From assembly GCA_046883645.1 (NCBI GenBank), contig JBKTBE010000001.1, forward strand, positions 11,184 through 75,183: a DNA stretch of 64,000 nt, written 5' to 3'. A program made the position numbers and the translations under genes. This DNA is from Collinsella sp. (lineage in GTDB: Bacteria; Actinomycetota; Coriobacteriia; Coriobacteriales; Coriobacteriaceae). The notes under the pieces are model-generated. The model ran no database searches, was not told where the DNA came from, and saw only the letters and a program-made list of their open reading frames with translations. Shown here piece after piece: positions 32,881 through 43,458 of the stretch (its first letter is position 1; every line of letters starts with the position of its first letter).

Positions 32881-32943
32881 CAGAACGTCCTTTCGTCTGA
32901 ATTCACAAGTTGAGGTAGAAGTTCGAGTTCTCGGTGGCTCTCG

Positions 32944-33372
32944 TTAGGCCATCTTGTTGAGCATGTCGACACGGATCTGGTGACGGCCGCCGGCGTACTG
33001 TGCACGCAGGAACTCGCGGGCGATCTTCTTGGCGACCTCGGTGCCCACAACGCCCGGGCCCATGGTGACCATGCGCGAGCCGTTGTGCTCGCGGGTCATG
33101 TAGGCAGAACGCTCGTCGGAAATGTTGGCGACGACCATGCCCTTAATCTTGACGGCGGCCATATAGGAGCCGACGCCGTACTTATCGAATGCAAAGCCCT
33201 GGGAATCCTTGTGCTCCAGCAGGTCCTTGGCAACGGCGGTCGCGGAATCGACAAAGTCCGCGGCAGGGGTCTCGGAATAGTCGACGACCTCGTGACCGTC
33301 GGCGATGAGCATCTCCTTGATGGACTCCTTCATCGACATACCGTCGGCATCGGAAGCGATTACAACCCTCAT
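32944..33372 (-). CDS. lacA: Galactose-6-phosphate isomerase subunit A
   Basis: SDERSAYMTREHN, ends GGRHQIRVDMLNKMA. Confidence 0.95.
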   Translation of the reverse strand: MRVVIASDADGMSMKESIKEMLIADGHEVVDYSETPAADFVDSATAVAKDLLEHKDSQGFAFDKYGVGSYMAAVKIKGMVVANISDERSAYMTREHNGSRMVTMGPGVVGTEVAKKIAREFLRAQYAGGRHQIRVDMLNKMA

Positions 33373-33679
33373 GACATCCTCCTTGAGAGATACGCAGGTG
33401 CGTAGTTCCTGTTTGGAAGTGTTGAATCGCGCTCAGGTCCGGGCATCTGAACGTGCGGTTCTTCACTGTTCGTGTTTATTTGAACACATTCGAACATAAA
33501 CTGCAACAACTATTTGTTTATCTTTGTTCTTTTTTGAGCAAATACCGTTCACAGGTGATTGCTGACCGTTTGGACCCGGCGCGGACGTAGCGACCATGTG
33601 TTCAACAAACAAAAGGGCGGCCGAGAACGTGTCTCGACCGCCCTTCTCACGGTTGATCTTCCAAAGATCGCTTTGCCGC

Positions 33680-34660
33680 CTACTCAGACTGCCCGCTCTT
33701 CTTGGCATGTTTGGACGGAGCGCTCAAGAAACGACCCGTCAGATAGTTCGCGGGACCGGAGATATCGATCCCCAGCAGCACGTGTCCCAGCCACAGGAAC
33801 GCCACGAGCACCAGCAGCGGGATAACGCACGAAGTCACGATCATCACGATGACGCCTTCGATGAGGTCGGTCACCTGCTGCACGATCTCGTCGGTCATCT
33901 GCTTGGCACCGCTGGTCACCGACGTAACAAGGCTCGAGGCCCCATCAGTCAACTGCTCGAGCACGTTTTTGGACTCCGTGGCCTCGGATTTTTTCTTGTT
34001 CGATTTTGAGCTGGTCTCGGCTGACTTGTCCGTGGTGTCGGCTGCGTCCGCAGCCTTTTGCTCAGCTTGCTCAATACTTACGCGATACGTTTCATCGACC
34101 TTCTGCGACACCCATACGCTCGCGGGTACGAGCGCCATGCCGATCACGGCAACCACCAGCACGCGTGTCGCCACACGGCGCAGGACGGCGCTTGTACTCC
34201 AGCGCCCGTGAATGCCGAGCGACACCGCAAAGAGCACCAACGCAAACGGGATTAAGATGCCCAAGCCAACCGACCACAAAATAGTCAGCAGATATTTCTC
34301 TAGGTATAGCACGGCAAGCACGATACCAAGGTTGCCTGAAAGCTGTGCGAGCTGCTCGGCGACCGGCGTTCCCGTATCACCAGGCAGCGCGGTAATGCCC
34401 GCAGACAGCGCCACGCACGAGGTCGTGAGCGCCAATACGTTACCTTTCTTTTGATCGATGACCTCGATGGTAGAGTCCCAAGTTTTGGTATCGGCGAAAT
34501 GCGGTCGCGCTACAAAGCCCGACAACAACGCCAGCACCACGAGCGCAACGATAAAGCCAATCTGCAGCTTTTTGTTTGCGCACACGACATCGGACAGGCT
34601 GGGCTGCAGCTCGGTTACCGTCGTGTGCTCGGTTATCTGGACAGGACGCCCATGAGCCAT
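33680..34660 (-). CDS. Hypothetical membrane protein (~5 TM)
   Basis: Several hydrophobic segments; LPGDTGTPVAEQLA..LEKYLL; start uncertain. Confidence 0.7.
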   Translation of the reverse strand: MAHGRPVQITEHTTVTELQPSLSDVVCANKKLQIGFIVALVVLALLSGFVARPHFADTKTWDSTIEVIDQKKGNVLALTTSCVALSAGITALPGDTGTPVAEQLAQLSGNLGIVLAVLYLEKYLLTILWSVGLGILIPFALVLFAVSLGIHGRWSTSAVLRRVATRVLVVAVIGMALVPASVWVSQKVDETYRVSIEQAEQKAADAADTTDKSAETSSKSNKKKSEATESKNVLEQLTDGASSLVTSVTSGAKQMTDEIVQQVTDLIEGVIVMIVTSCVIPLLVLVAFLWLGHVLLGIDISGPANYLTGRFLSAPSKHAKKSGQSE

Positions 34661-34845
34661 CTCGTGTGCGCCTCTTTTTTGTATTGACCCGTTATCCGGC
34701 ATTTGGATACCTCCTCAGTCCGGCGTTTAATGCGAAAGGAAGTATACCCACCGAGCAAAAATCGAACGGGAGGACCAACGGAGCGCACCAAGACTGTCCC
34801 CAATGACTAGTCGTTTAAGAACGTCCCCAATGACTATCTCCGGAT

Positions 34846-34913
34846 GAGTTGCGGTGGAATAGGGATTGTTTTGTGCCCGCCGGCCCCTATTCAGTCCCTA
34901 TTTCACCGCAACT
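34846..34913. repeat. Palindrome with ~22-bp arms
   Basis: agttgcggtggaatagggattg..cagtccctatttcaccgcaact. Confidence 0.6.
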
Positions 34914-34987
34914 TGAAGTAGAACAGGAAAAGCCCTGCCGCGGGTAGCAGCAGAGCTTTTGGAAGGGGACTTGGTTGTGAGGGCTCG

Positions 34988-35326
34988 TTAGGCGAGCTTG
35001 GCCTCGAGCTCGGCAATGCGCTTGTAGGCGTCGATGGTAAAGCGGGTCTGCTTCTCCAGAATCATGGTAGTCATGAGGGTATCCTGAGCGTGGGCCATGA
35101 TGAAGGTCATCTCCATCTCGCCACCACCGGCCTCCTGCGAAAGCAGCTTGGTCTGCGTGTCGTGGGCGCCGATAAGTGCATCGCTGGCATCCTTGTGCAG
35201 CTGTTCGGCCTTCTCAAAGTCACCCTCGCGAGCAGCATCGAGCGCTGCAAGCAGATCTGTCTGGGCGTCACCTGCGTATGCGACAATCTCGAATCCAACC
35301 ATCGAGATTTCTTCTTTGGTTGCCAT
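34988..35326 (-). CDS. lacF: PTS lactose/cellobiose-family EIIA
   Basis: FEIVAYAGDA, AHDTQT, HAQD phospho-His. Confidence 0.93.
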   Translation of the reverse strand: MATKEEISMVGFEIVAYAGDAQTDLLAALDAAREGDFEKAEQLHKDASDALIGAHDTQTKLLSQEAGGGEMEMTFIMAHAQDTLMTTMILEKQTRFTIDAYKRIAELEAKLA

Positions 35327-35540
35327 ATTGCGTTCCTTTCACATATGAACCAATGGAGAGCATCGCGTCCGGGCATACGCGCTGCGTTCTGTATGGCAGA
35401 AACAGTAACATTCAAACAAAAAAGAACAGCGCAAAACGTAATTTCAAGCTATGAACGGTCAATTTTTGCCCGTGAACGGTTTTTAAACCAATTTAAACAA
35501 CATCGAACACAATTAGCGGCAACCCAAACAGACCCGCGCC

Positions 35541-36545
35541 CTAGCGCCAATCGCGTACCGTATCGCCCTCGACGAGCACACCGGGGATCAGCATGTGCTC
35601 CACGCCAGACGCACCCCCATCGGCACCGGCGATCTTATCGACTGCCCACATGCCGACACGCTTGTTGTCAAAGCGCACGGTGGCCAGGCGACGATCGGGC
35701 ACGATGTCGCCCAGACTGTCATCAACACCCACCACGCTCACGTCCTCGGGCACGTGCTTTCCGCGCGACTCGAGTCCGCGAATGCAGCCGTAGGCCATGG
35801 CGTCGTTGGAAGCATAAATGGCCGTACAGGTCGGATCGTCCGCCAGAGCCTGACCGGCAGCATACCCGCTCTGTGCCGTCCAATCGCCACGAACGAGTCG
35901 CGGTGGCTCAATGCCATGCGCGCGCAATGTCTCGCGCCAGCCTTCCTCGCGCCGCATGCCCGAAAGCGAGCGCTCGGGACACGAGATAAAGTGCACGGTC
36001 TTGTGTCCCTGCCCCAGCAAGTACTCGACAACCTGGCGTGAGCAATCGAGCTGATCGTTATCGACCGTCGAGCACAGTGGGTGCTCCAGCATGGTAACGA
36101 GCACCGTCTGCATGCCAGGTAGCGGCTCGAAGGCGCCAAAGTCCGCCGGCATGCGATTCATGATCACGACCATGCCGTCTACCGGCAGCGCGCTCATACG
36201 CGACGATGCGCTCTCGAGGGTATAGGGATGTCCATCTACTTTAGTGAGGGTGATGGCATAGCCATGTTTGTCGGCCGCGGCGGCAAAGCCCTCCATACGG
36301 TCGAGGTTGCCGGTACCGGTAATGTTGAACATGGCGACGCCGACGGTCTTAAACTTGCCACGGCGCAGCGATCGACCGGCGAAATTGGGGCGATACCCCA
36401 GCTCGCGCATGGCGGCACGCACGCGTTCCTTGGTCTCGGGGCGCACACTGGGCGAATCGTGCACGGTGCGCGAGACCGTCTGCTCCGAAACGCCCGCGAG
36501 GCGCGCCACGTCTTTGACGGATACCGATTTTTTAACAGCGGCCAT
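35541..36545 (-). CDS. LacI-family regulator (module 1)
   Basis: KDVARLAGVSEQTVSR. Confidence 0.92.
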   Translation of the reverse strand: MAAVKKSVSVKDVARLAGVSEQTVSRTVHDSPSVRPETKERVRAAMRELGYRPNFAGRSLRRGKFKTVGVAMFNITGTGNLDRMEGFAAAADKHGYAITLTKVDGHPYTLESASSRMSALPVDGMVVIMNRMPADFGAFEPLPGMQTVLVTMLEHPLCSTVDNDQLDCSRQVVEYLLGQGHKTVHFISCPERSLSGMRREEGWRETLRAHGIEPPRLVRGDWTAQSGYAAGQALADDPTCTAIYASNDAMAYGCIRGLESRGKHVPEDVSVVGVDDSLGDIVPDRRLATVRFDNKRVGMWAVDKIAGADGGASGVEHMLIPGVLVEGDTVRDWR

Positions 36546-36704
36546 AGGTCGATCTTTCTATGTCAACGATGCCATTGGTGGCACCCTACGCAGTCAAATG
36601 AAACGTCTTCAAGTATATCTAACGCCTCCCCCACCATACGCTCACCACCCAAAACCTACCGTTCACCGACATTTTTGCTTCCCTAAACGGCTTTTTGCGC
36701 CCAA

Positions 36705-36842
36705 ATGTTAACGTTGCCATTGCGCAAACACAGAGCCAACGGGCGGCTCAAACGTTTACGCATAAGGAATCGACGGTTCGCAGGCACAGGAACCACCGGT
36801 TCGCGTCTTTTTTTGTGTCGCAAAATGGCAACGTCAACATTT
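36705..36842. promoter_or_regulatory. Module 1 LacI-type operators
   Basis: aatgttaacgttgccatt and the inverted aatggcaacgtcaacatt; weaker copy near 36560. Confidence 0.6.
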
Positions 36843-36902
36843 TGGCAATAGAACGCCAAAAGCTACCATCGTTGCTAACCCACCGACTCTTAGGAGCATT
36901 GC

Positions 36903-38678
36903 ATGGAGCAACTCATCGCCACCATCGAAAAAGGCCAGCCCTTTTTCAACGCGATCGCCCGCAACAAGTACCTCAAGGCGATCCGCGACGGCTTTATCTC
37001 CGTCATCCCCATCATCATCTTCTCGTCCATCTTTTGCCTGGTAGCCTCGGTCCCCAACATCTGGGGTTTCTACTGGCCCGATGACATCAACAACGCCCTG
37101 TGGAAGTGCTACAACTACTCCATGGGCATCCTGGCCATCGCCTGCGCCGCCACCACGGCCAAGCACTTCGCCGACGCGCAGAACCGCGACCTGCCCAAGA
37201 ACAACCAGATCAACTTTATCTCGTGCATGTGCGCGGCCATCATCGGCTTCTTGCTCCTTTCGAGCGACACAATCGCCACGGACGCCGCCAGCGGCTTCAA
37301 CACCACCTACCTTGGTTCCAAAGGCCTGCTGACCGCCTTCATCGCTGCGTTTGTGACCGGCATCATCTACAAGTTCTTCATTAAGCGCAACATCACCGTC
37401 AAGATGCCCGAGCAGGTTCCGCCCAACATCTCGCAGACCTTTAAGGACATCATCCCCTTCTCCGTCTGCATCACCGTCTTTTGGGTCTTTGACATAGCCT
37501 TCCGCGCTGCTTTTGGCTTCTGCTTTGCCCAGGGCGTCATCCAGGTGTTCCAGCCCCTGTTCACCGCTGCCGACGGCTACATCGGCCTCGCTGTGATCTA
37601 CGGCGCCATGAGCCTGTTCTGGTTCGTGGGCGTCCACGGCCCCTCGATCGTCGAGCCCGCCATCGCCGCTGCCCTCGTTGCCAACATGACCGACAACCTG
37701 GCTGCGTTCCAGGCTGGCCAGCACGCTTCCGCTGTCCTGACCCAGGGTGCCCAGTACTTCGTCGTCTGCATGGGCGGTACCGGCGCCACGCTCGTCCTAG
37801 TCTTTATGTTCTGCTTCCTGGCCAAGTCCCAAGAGATGCGCGCCGTCGGTAAGGCCGCCATCGTCCCCGTCTGCTTTGCCGTCAACGAGCCGCTGCTGTT
37901 CGCCGCGCCCATCGTGCTCAACCCCGTCTTCTTTGTCCCGTTTGTCTTTGCCCCGATCGCCAACATCTGGATCCTCAAGATCTTTATCGACTTCTTGGGT
38001 ATGAACGGCTTTATGTACACCCTGCCTTGGACCGTCCCCGGCCCCATCGGCACCATCATGGGTCTGGGCTTCCAGCCGCTCGCCTTTGTGATGCTCGCCC
38101 TTATCCTGGTTGTCGACTTTGCCCTGTACTACCCGTTCTTCCGTGCCTATGACGCCCAGAAGTGCGCCGAGGAGGCCGAGATTTCCCAGGAGGAGCTCGC
38201 CGCCAAGAACGCCAAGAAGGCTGCCAAGCTCAACGATGCCTTCCAGGGCAAGGCTGACGCCAAGAGCGTTGCCGCCGGCGCTGCTGCCGAGGCCGTGAAG
38301 GCCGATGCCCCCGCCGCTTCTGCAGCACCCGCTGCCGAGGCAACGACCGCCAGCGACCTCAACGGCAAGCGCGTACTCGTGCTCTGCCAGGGTGGCGGAA
38401 CCTCGGGCCTGCTCGCCAACGCGCTGGCCAAGGCCGCCAAGGAGCGCGGCATTGATCTTGAGACCGCTGCCGAGGCCTATGGCAACCACGTGGACATGCT
38501 CCCCGACTTCGATCTGGTCGTCCTGGCCCCGCAGGCCGCAAGCTACCTGGCCGACCTGCAGAAGGACTGCGAGCGCGTGGGCAACAAGTGCGTCGCCTGC
38601 CGTGGCAAGCAGTACATCGAGCTCTCCCAGAACGGCGATAAGTCTCTCGCCTTCGTCTCCGAGCAGCTTTCGAAGTAA
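36903..38678 (+). CDS. lacE: PTS lactose-specific EIICB (module 1)
   Basis: YLKAIRDGF, WFVGVHGPSIV, VNEPLLF, EIIB LVLCQGGGTSGLLA. Confidence 0.92.
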   Translation: MEQLIATIEKGQPFFNAIARNKYLKAIRDGFISVIPIIIFSSIFCLVASVPNIWGFYWPDDINNALWKCYNYSMGILAIACAATTAKHFADAQNRDLPKNNQINFISCMCAAIIGFLLLSSDTIATDAASGFNTTYLGSKGLLTAFIAAFVTGIIYKFFIKRNITVKMPEQVPPNISQTFKDIIPFSVCITVFWVFDIAFRAAFGFCFAQGVIQVFQPLFTAADGYIGLAVIYGAMSLFWFVGVHGPSIVEPAIAAALVANMTDNLAAFQAGQHASAVLTQGAQYFVVCMGGTGATLVLVFMFCFLAKSQEMRAVGKAAIVPVCFAVNEPLLFAAPIVLNPVFFVPFVFAPIANIWILKIFIDFLGMNGFMYTLPWTVPGPIGTIMGLGFQPLAFVMLALILVVDFALYYPFFRAYDAQKCAEEAEISQEELAAKNAKKAAKLNDAFQGKADAKSVAAGAAAEAVKADAPAASAAPAAEATTASDLNGKRVLVLCQGGGTSGLLANALAKAAKERGIDLETAAEAYGNHVDMLPDFDLVVLAPQAASYLADLQKDCERVGNKCVACRGKQYIELSQNGDKSLAFVSEQLSK

Positions 38679-38744
38679 GTAACGCTCAGGGCCAGCCGAC
38701 CATCCACAGCCGGCTGGCCCTTCGATTTAGACGATTGGATCATC

Positions 38745-40184
38745 ATGTCCGTTAACCCTGCTAGCGTCACCAACCCGCCTGCGCAGTTTCCCGAGGACTT
38801 TGTCTTTGGCGGCGCCACCGCTGCCTACCAGGTAGAGGGCGAGACCCGCACCCACGGTAAGGGCAAGGTTGCCTGGGACGACTTCCTGGAGGCCCAGGGG
38901 CGCTTCTCCCCCGATCCCGCTTCGGACTTCTACAACCAGTACCCCGTCGATCTGGAGCTGTGCGAGGAGTTCGGCATCAACGGCATTCGCCTCTCCATCG
39001 CCTGGAGCCGCATCTTCCCCAACGGCACCGGCGAAATCAACCCCGAGGGTGTGCAGTTCTACCACGACCTCTTCGCCGAGTGCCACAAGCACCACGTTGA
39101 GCCGTTTGTCACGCTGCATCACTTCGATACGCCGCTGCCCCTCTTTGAGAAGGGCGACTTCCTCAACCGCGAGACCATCGATGCCTTTGTGGACTTTGCC
39201 ACCTTCTGCTTTAAGGAGTACGCCGACCAGGTGACCTACTGGTTCACCTTTAACGAGATCTGGGCCGACGCCTCCAACACCTACATCGAGGGCACCTTCC
39301 CCGGTGGCGCCAAGGCGCATCTTGCCGAGGCCTTCCAGTGCGAGCACAACATGATGCTCGCCCACGCCAGGGCAGTGCTGGCCTTCCACAACGGCGGCTT
39401 TAAGGGCAAGATTGGCGTCATTCAGTCGCTGGAGTTTAAGTATCCGCTCAACGAGAACGACCCCGCCGACATCAAAGCCGCCAACAACGAGCACGTGCTG
39501 CAAAACCAGTTTTTGCTCGACGCCACCTTCCGCGGCGACTACGCGCCCGACACCCTCGAGTGCGCCAACCGCCTGGCCGCCGTCTCGGGCGGCACCATCG
39601 AGATCTTGGACGAGGATCTGGAAATCATGCGCGAGGCCGCGCTCTACAACGACTACCTGGGCGTTAACAACTATCAGTGCCGCTTCTTGAAGGCTTACGA
39701 TGGCGAGAACGACCTGCACCACAACGGTACGGGAGAGAAGGGCACCGGCCGCTGGCGCGTCAAGGGCATTGGCGAGCATGTGAACAAGCCTGGCATCCCC
39801 ACCACTGACTGGGACTGGATTATCTATCCCGAGGGCCTGTTCGATCTGCTCGTCTACATTAAGCAGCGCTACCCCAACTACAAGCAGATTTTCATCACCG
39901 AGAACGGCATGGGCTACAAGGACCCCTACAGGGACGGTTTTGTGGACGACCAGCCGCGCATCGACTACATCGAGCAGCACCTGCGCTGGCTGCTCAAGGC
40001 CATGGAGGTGGGTGTCAACGTGGGTGGCTACTTCCTGTGGAGCCTGCAGGATCAGTTCTCCTGGACCAATGGCTACAACAAGCGTTACGGCTTCTTCTAC
40101 GTTGACTTTGAAACCCAGAAGCGCACGCCCAAGGCAAGCGCATACTGGTATAAGCACGTGGCGCAGACCCGTCGTCTGGACTAG
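38745..40184 (+). CDS. lacG: GH1 6-phospho-beta-galactosidase (module 1)
   Basis: GGATAAYQ, TFNE, ITENG, WSLQDQFSWTNGYNKRYG. Confidence 0.9.
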   Translation: MSVNPASVTNPPAQFPEDFVFGGATAAYQVEGETRTHGKGKVAWDDFLEAQGRFSPDPASDFYNQYPVDLELCEEFGINGIRLSIAWSRIFPNGTGEINPEGVQFYHDLFAECHKHHVEPFVTLHHFDTPLPLFEKGDFLNRETIDAFVDFATFCFKEYADQVTYWFTFNEIWADASNTYIEGTFPGGAKAHLAEAFQCEHNMMLAHARAVLAFHNGGFKGKIGVIQSLEFKYPLNENDPADIKAANNEHVLQNQFLLDATFRGDYAPDTLECANRLAAVSGGTIEILDEDLEIMREAALYNDYLGVNNYQCRFLKAYDGENDLHHNGTGEKGTGRWRVKGIGEHVNKPGIPTTDWDWIIYPEGLFDLLVYIKQRYPNYKQIFITENGMGYKDPYRDGFVDDQPRIDYIEQHLRWLLKAMEVGVNVGGYFLWSLQDQFSWTNGYNKRYGFFYVDFETQKRTPKASAYWYKHVAQTRRLD

Positions 40185-40304
40185 CGGCTTTCAACTAGCG
40201 GTTGGCGGAATTGCCCCGCTCACATAACCTGTCCCCATTTCTCAGCCGGGGGCGGCACGTCACACGGCGCGCCGCCCCCGGCCTTTTTGGGCGGTTCGGG
40301 GTCC

Positions 40305-40450
40305 GTTTGTCTCAATCTGTAACATCTAGCCGAGTTTTTGGGTCCTAGCTGTTACAGATTGAGACGAACAGGATTGCTCTTTCCGAAGAATCTAAATCTG
40401 TAACACGTAGCCCGCTTTTGACCGTCTACCTGTTACAAATCGAGACAGAC
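40305..40450. repeat. Palindromic repeat cluster P1 (2 hairpins, A+B)
   Basis: TCTCAATCTGTAACA-n25-TGTTACAGATTGAGA units, period 81. Confidence 0.9.
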
Positions 40451-40460
40451 GGAGTAGGAC

Positions 40461-41489
40461 CTAACCCCGTATGTCCCTAACAGTCGAGCGTTCGACCAGC
40501 GTGCTCGGCACATGAATCGCCTCGATAGACGAGCTCTCTCCAATCGCCGCCTCAAACGCAAGCTTACCGACACCGCGCAAATCAAATCGCAGCGTCGTCA
40601 GCCGATTGTGAGGAACAAGTCCCTCGAGTGCGTCGTCGATACCAACCACGCTCACGTCGTCGGGCACGGACAGGCCCGCGTTCTCGAGCGCGGCGATAAC
40701 GCCCAGCGCCATCTGGTCATTTGCCGCAAGCACGGCAGTCGGCGTCTGCGACCCGCCGGCAAGCACCTCGGCCGCAATCCGCTCGCCCATGGCGTACCCA
40801 CTGTCCGCACTCCAATCGCCACGCAGCATCGGAGCGGCATCGACATGAGCACGACCCAGCGTATCGCGCCAACCGGCCTCACGAAAACGCGAGGAAATCG
40901 AGTTTTCCGGACCCGCCACAAACCGCATATTCGAGTGACCATGTTCCAGCAGATAATTGGTCAACAGCTCGCACGAACCATACTGGTCGGAGTCGATCGT
41001 CGTGCAGCGCGGATGCGCATACATGGACAGGATGACCGTTCGCACTCCCGGCTGGGGAACAAACTCCTCAAAATCGGGAGCCATGCGGTTCATGTTGAGA
41101 ATCATGCCGTCGACGGGTCGCTCGACCATGCGGCGCGAGGCATCGGCAAGTGCATAGGGCTTGTCGCCGCCCATCTCGATCATAGTGACGGCAAAATCGT
41201 GCTCGCGCGCCGCTTGCATGATACCCTCGAGCGTCGCCAGGTTACCGACACGTGTGATGTTGTACATGCACAGGCCAATAGAACGATACGACCCGCCGCG
41301 CAACGCCGCTCCAGCAAAATTGGGACGAAAGCCCAGCTCTTCCATGGCGGCCAGCACACGCTTGCGCGTCTTTTCCGTCACGTTGGGCATACCGTTGACC
41401 ACGCGAGACACAGTCTGGCGGCTCACGCCAGCGAGCGCCGCAACCTCTGCCGCGCTCGCCGAACGACCATTCCTTGTCTGCTGATCCAT
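40461..41489 (-). CDS. LacI-family regulator (module 2)
   Basis: AEVAALAGVSRQTVSRV. Confidence 0.92.
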   Translation of the reverse strand: MDQQTRNGRSASAAEVAALAGVSRQTVSRVVNGMPNVTEKTRKRVLAAMEELGFRPNFAGAALRGGSYRSIGLCMYNITRVGNLATLEGIMQAAREHDFAVTMIEMGGDKPYALADASRRMVERPVDGMILNMNRMAPDFEEFVPQPGVRTVILSMYAHPRCTTIDSDQYGSCELLTNYLLEHGHSNMRFVAGPENSISSRFREAGWRDTLGRAHVDAAPMLRGDWSADSGYAMGERIAAEVLAGGSQTPTAVLAANDQMALGVIAALENAGLSVPDDVSVVGIDDALEGLVPHNRLTTLRFDLRGVGKLAFEAAIGESSSIEAIHVPSTLVERSTVRDIRG

Positions 41490-41550
41490 GCCTTCCACGC
41501 TAACCTGCTTCCCAACTATTCCCCGCGCCCATGGCGCATCGTACATACAT

Positions 41551-41721
41551 TGATAACGTGCTCATGATACCCGAGCCATATACCACAACATGAAAACTTC
41601 TGTCAATCAAAACCGCTTACCGAACAAATACAACCGTTCGCGGCTGTTTGAAGTTGTTTTGTTTCTATACATCCCAGCCGGATGTTAACGTGCTCATTGT
41701 CAAATGTTCACGTGCTCATTT
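41551..41721. promoter_or_regulatory. Module 2 LacI-type operators
   Basis: tgataacgtgctcat (41551), atgttaacgtgctcat (41682), atgttcacgtgctcat (41704). Confidence 0.6.
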
Positions 41722-41833
41722 TGGTTCTAATCATTTTAAGATAGTGTTTATCGGGCTTTTTCACCGCTGAACGCTAACCAGGGAGCCTCCTGAGCACAAA
41801 CGCACAATATCGAACAGCGAGACGAGAGGGTGT

Positions 41834-43282
41834 ATGCATATGTCTTTGCTAAACCGCGTACAGCAGCTGCCGAAGGGCTTTGTTTGGGGCGCCGCAACCG
41901 CCGCGTACCAAACGGAAGGTTCCACGAAGGTGGCAGGCAAGGGTAAGACCATGTGGGACGATTACCTTGTCGCCCAGGGTCGCTTTTTGCCCGACCCGGC
42001 CAGTGATTTCTACAACCGCTACGAGGAGGATATCCGCCTTTCTGCCGAGCATGGGCTCAACGCCATCCGTGTGTCCATCGCCTGGACCCGCATCTTCCCC
42101 AACGGCGACGATGCCGAGCCCCTCGCCGAGGGCGTTAAGCACTACCACGAGCTGTTCGCCTGCTGCAAAAAGTATGGCGTCGAGCCCTATGTGTCCCTGC
42201 ATCACTTTGACTCCCCCGCCGCCCTGTTCAACCAGGGCGACTGGCTCAACCGCAAGACCGTCGACGCCTATGTGCGCTATGCCGAGTTCTGCTTCCGCGA
42301 GTTCCGCGAGGTCAAGAATTGGTTCACCATCAACGAGCTCATCAGCCTCTCGCACTCCCAATACATCCAAGGCAACTTCCCGCCCAACCATCACTTTGAT
42401 GTGACGAGCGGCATCCAGAGCCAGCACAACGAGCTCGTTGCCCACGCCCGCGCCGTCAACCTGTATAAGGATCTTGACGAGACCGAGCACCTGGGCGGCC
42501 GCATTGGCATGGTCAACGTCCTGACGCCGGCATATCCTGCCACCGACTCGCCCGCCGACCAGCACGCCGCCGACCTGTACAACGCCTTCTACACCGACTT
42601 CATCATGGACGGCGCCTTCCTGGGCCACTACTCCGCGCGCACCCTCTCACTCATCAACGAGATTCTGCGTGCCAACAACGCCACGCTTACGGTTGAGGAC
42701 AGCGACATGGAGGAGCTCGCCAAGGCGGCGCCCCGCAACGATATGTTCGGCCTCAACTACTATCAGTCGGCGTTTATCGCCGCCTACGATGGCGAGTCCA
42801 CCAACAGCTTTAACGGCACCGGAGACAAGGGCACCTCGTGCTTTAAGTTTAAGGGCGTCGGGCAGCAGGTCGATATGCCGGGTATCCCCACCACCGACTG
42901 GGATTGGCTCATCTACCCGCAAGGCCTCTACGACACGCTCAAGCACATCAGCGCCACCTATCCCAACCTCCCCGTCATCTATATCACCGAAAACGGCCTG
43001 GGCCACAAGGACCCCGAGCCCGACGCAAACGGCATCGTCGCCGATCCCGAGCGCATCGACTTTGTCGACCAGCACATGGAGAAGGTGCTCCAGGCGCGCG
43101 CCGAGGGCGTCGACGTCCAGGGCTACTTTATCTGGAGCCTGCAGGACCAGTTCTCGTGGGCCAACGGCTATAACAAGCGCTACGGCCTGTTCTACATCGA
43201 CTTCGACACGCAAAAACGCTACATCAAGCAGTCGGCACTCTGGTACAAGGAGCTCGCCGACACTATGGCGGACGCGCAGTAG
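41834..43282 (+). CDS. lacG: GH1 6-phospho-beta-galactosidase (module 2)
   Basis: GAATAAYQ, TINE, ITENG, WSLQDQFSW; start 41834 or 41840. Confidence 0.88.
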   Translation: MHMSLLNRVQQLPKGFVWGAATAAYQTEGSTKVAGKGKTMWDDYLVAQGRFLPDPASDFYNRYEEDIRLSAEHGLNAIRVSIAWTRIFPNGDDAEPLAEGVKHYHELFACCKKYGVEPYVSLHHFDSPAALFNQGDWLNRKTVDAYVRYAEFCFREFREVKNWFTINELISLSHSQYIQGNFPPNHHFDVTSGIQSQHNELVAHARAVNLYKDLDETEHLGGRIGMVNVLTPAYPATDSPADQHAADLYNAFYTDFIMDGAFLGHYSARTLSLINEILRANNATLTVEDSDMEELAKAAPRNDMFGLNYYQSAFIAAYDGESTNSFNGTGDKGTSCFKFKGVGQQVDMPGIPTTDWDWLIYPQGLYDTLKHISATYPNLPVIYITENGLGHKDPEPDANGIVADPERIDFVDQHMEKVLQARAEGVDVQGYFIWSLQDQFSWANGYNKRYGLFYIDFDTQKRYIKQSALWYKELADTMADAQ

Positions 43283-43458
43283 CGCATCGCCTCGCTTTCC
43301 CCCGAGAAGGGAGCGGCCCTATGCGATACAAACCCAGCCGCTCCCCTCTCTCCCCCTGGGACCGACCCCGCCTGCACCCGGGCTTTTAGCAAGCGGGAGA
43401 CCATATAGGTTTTCAACGTCCATGCCATTAAGATTTCATGCAAAGAGGAGCGTGAACT

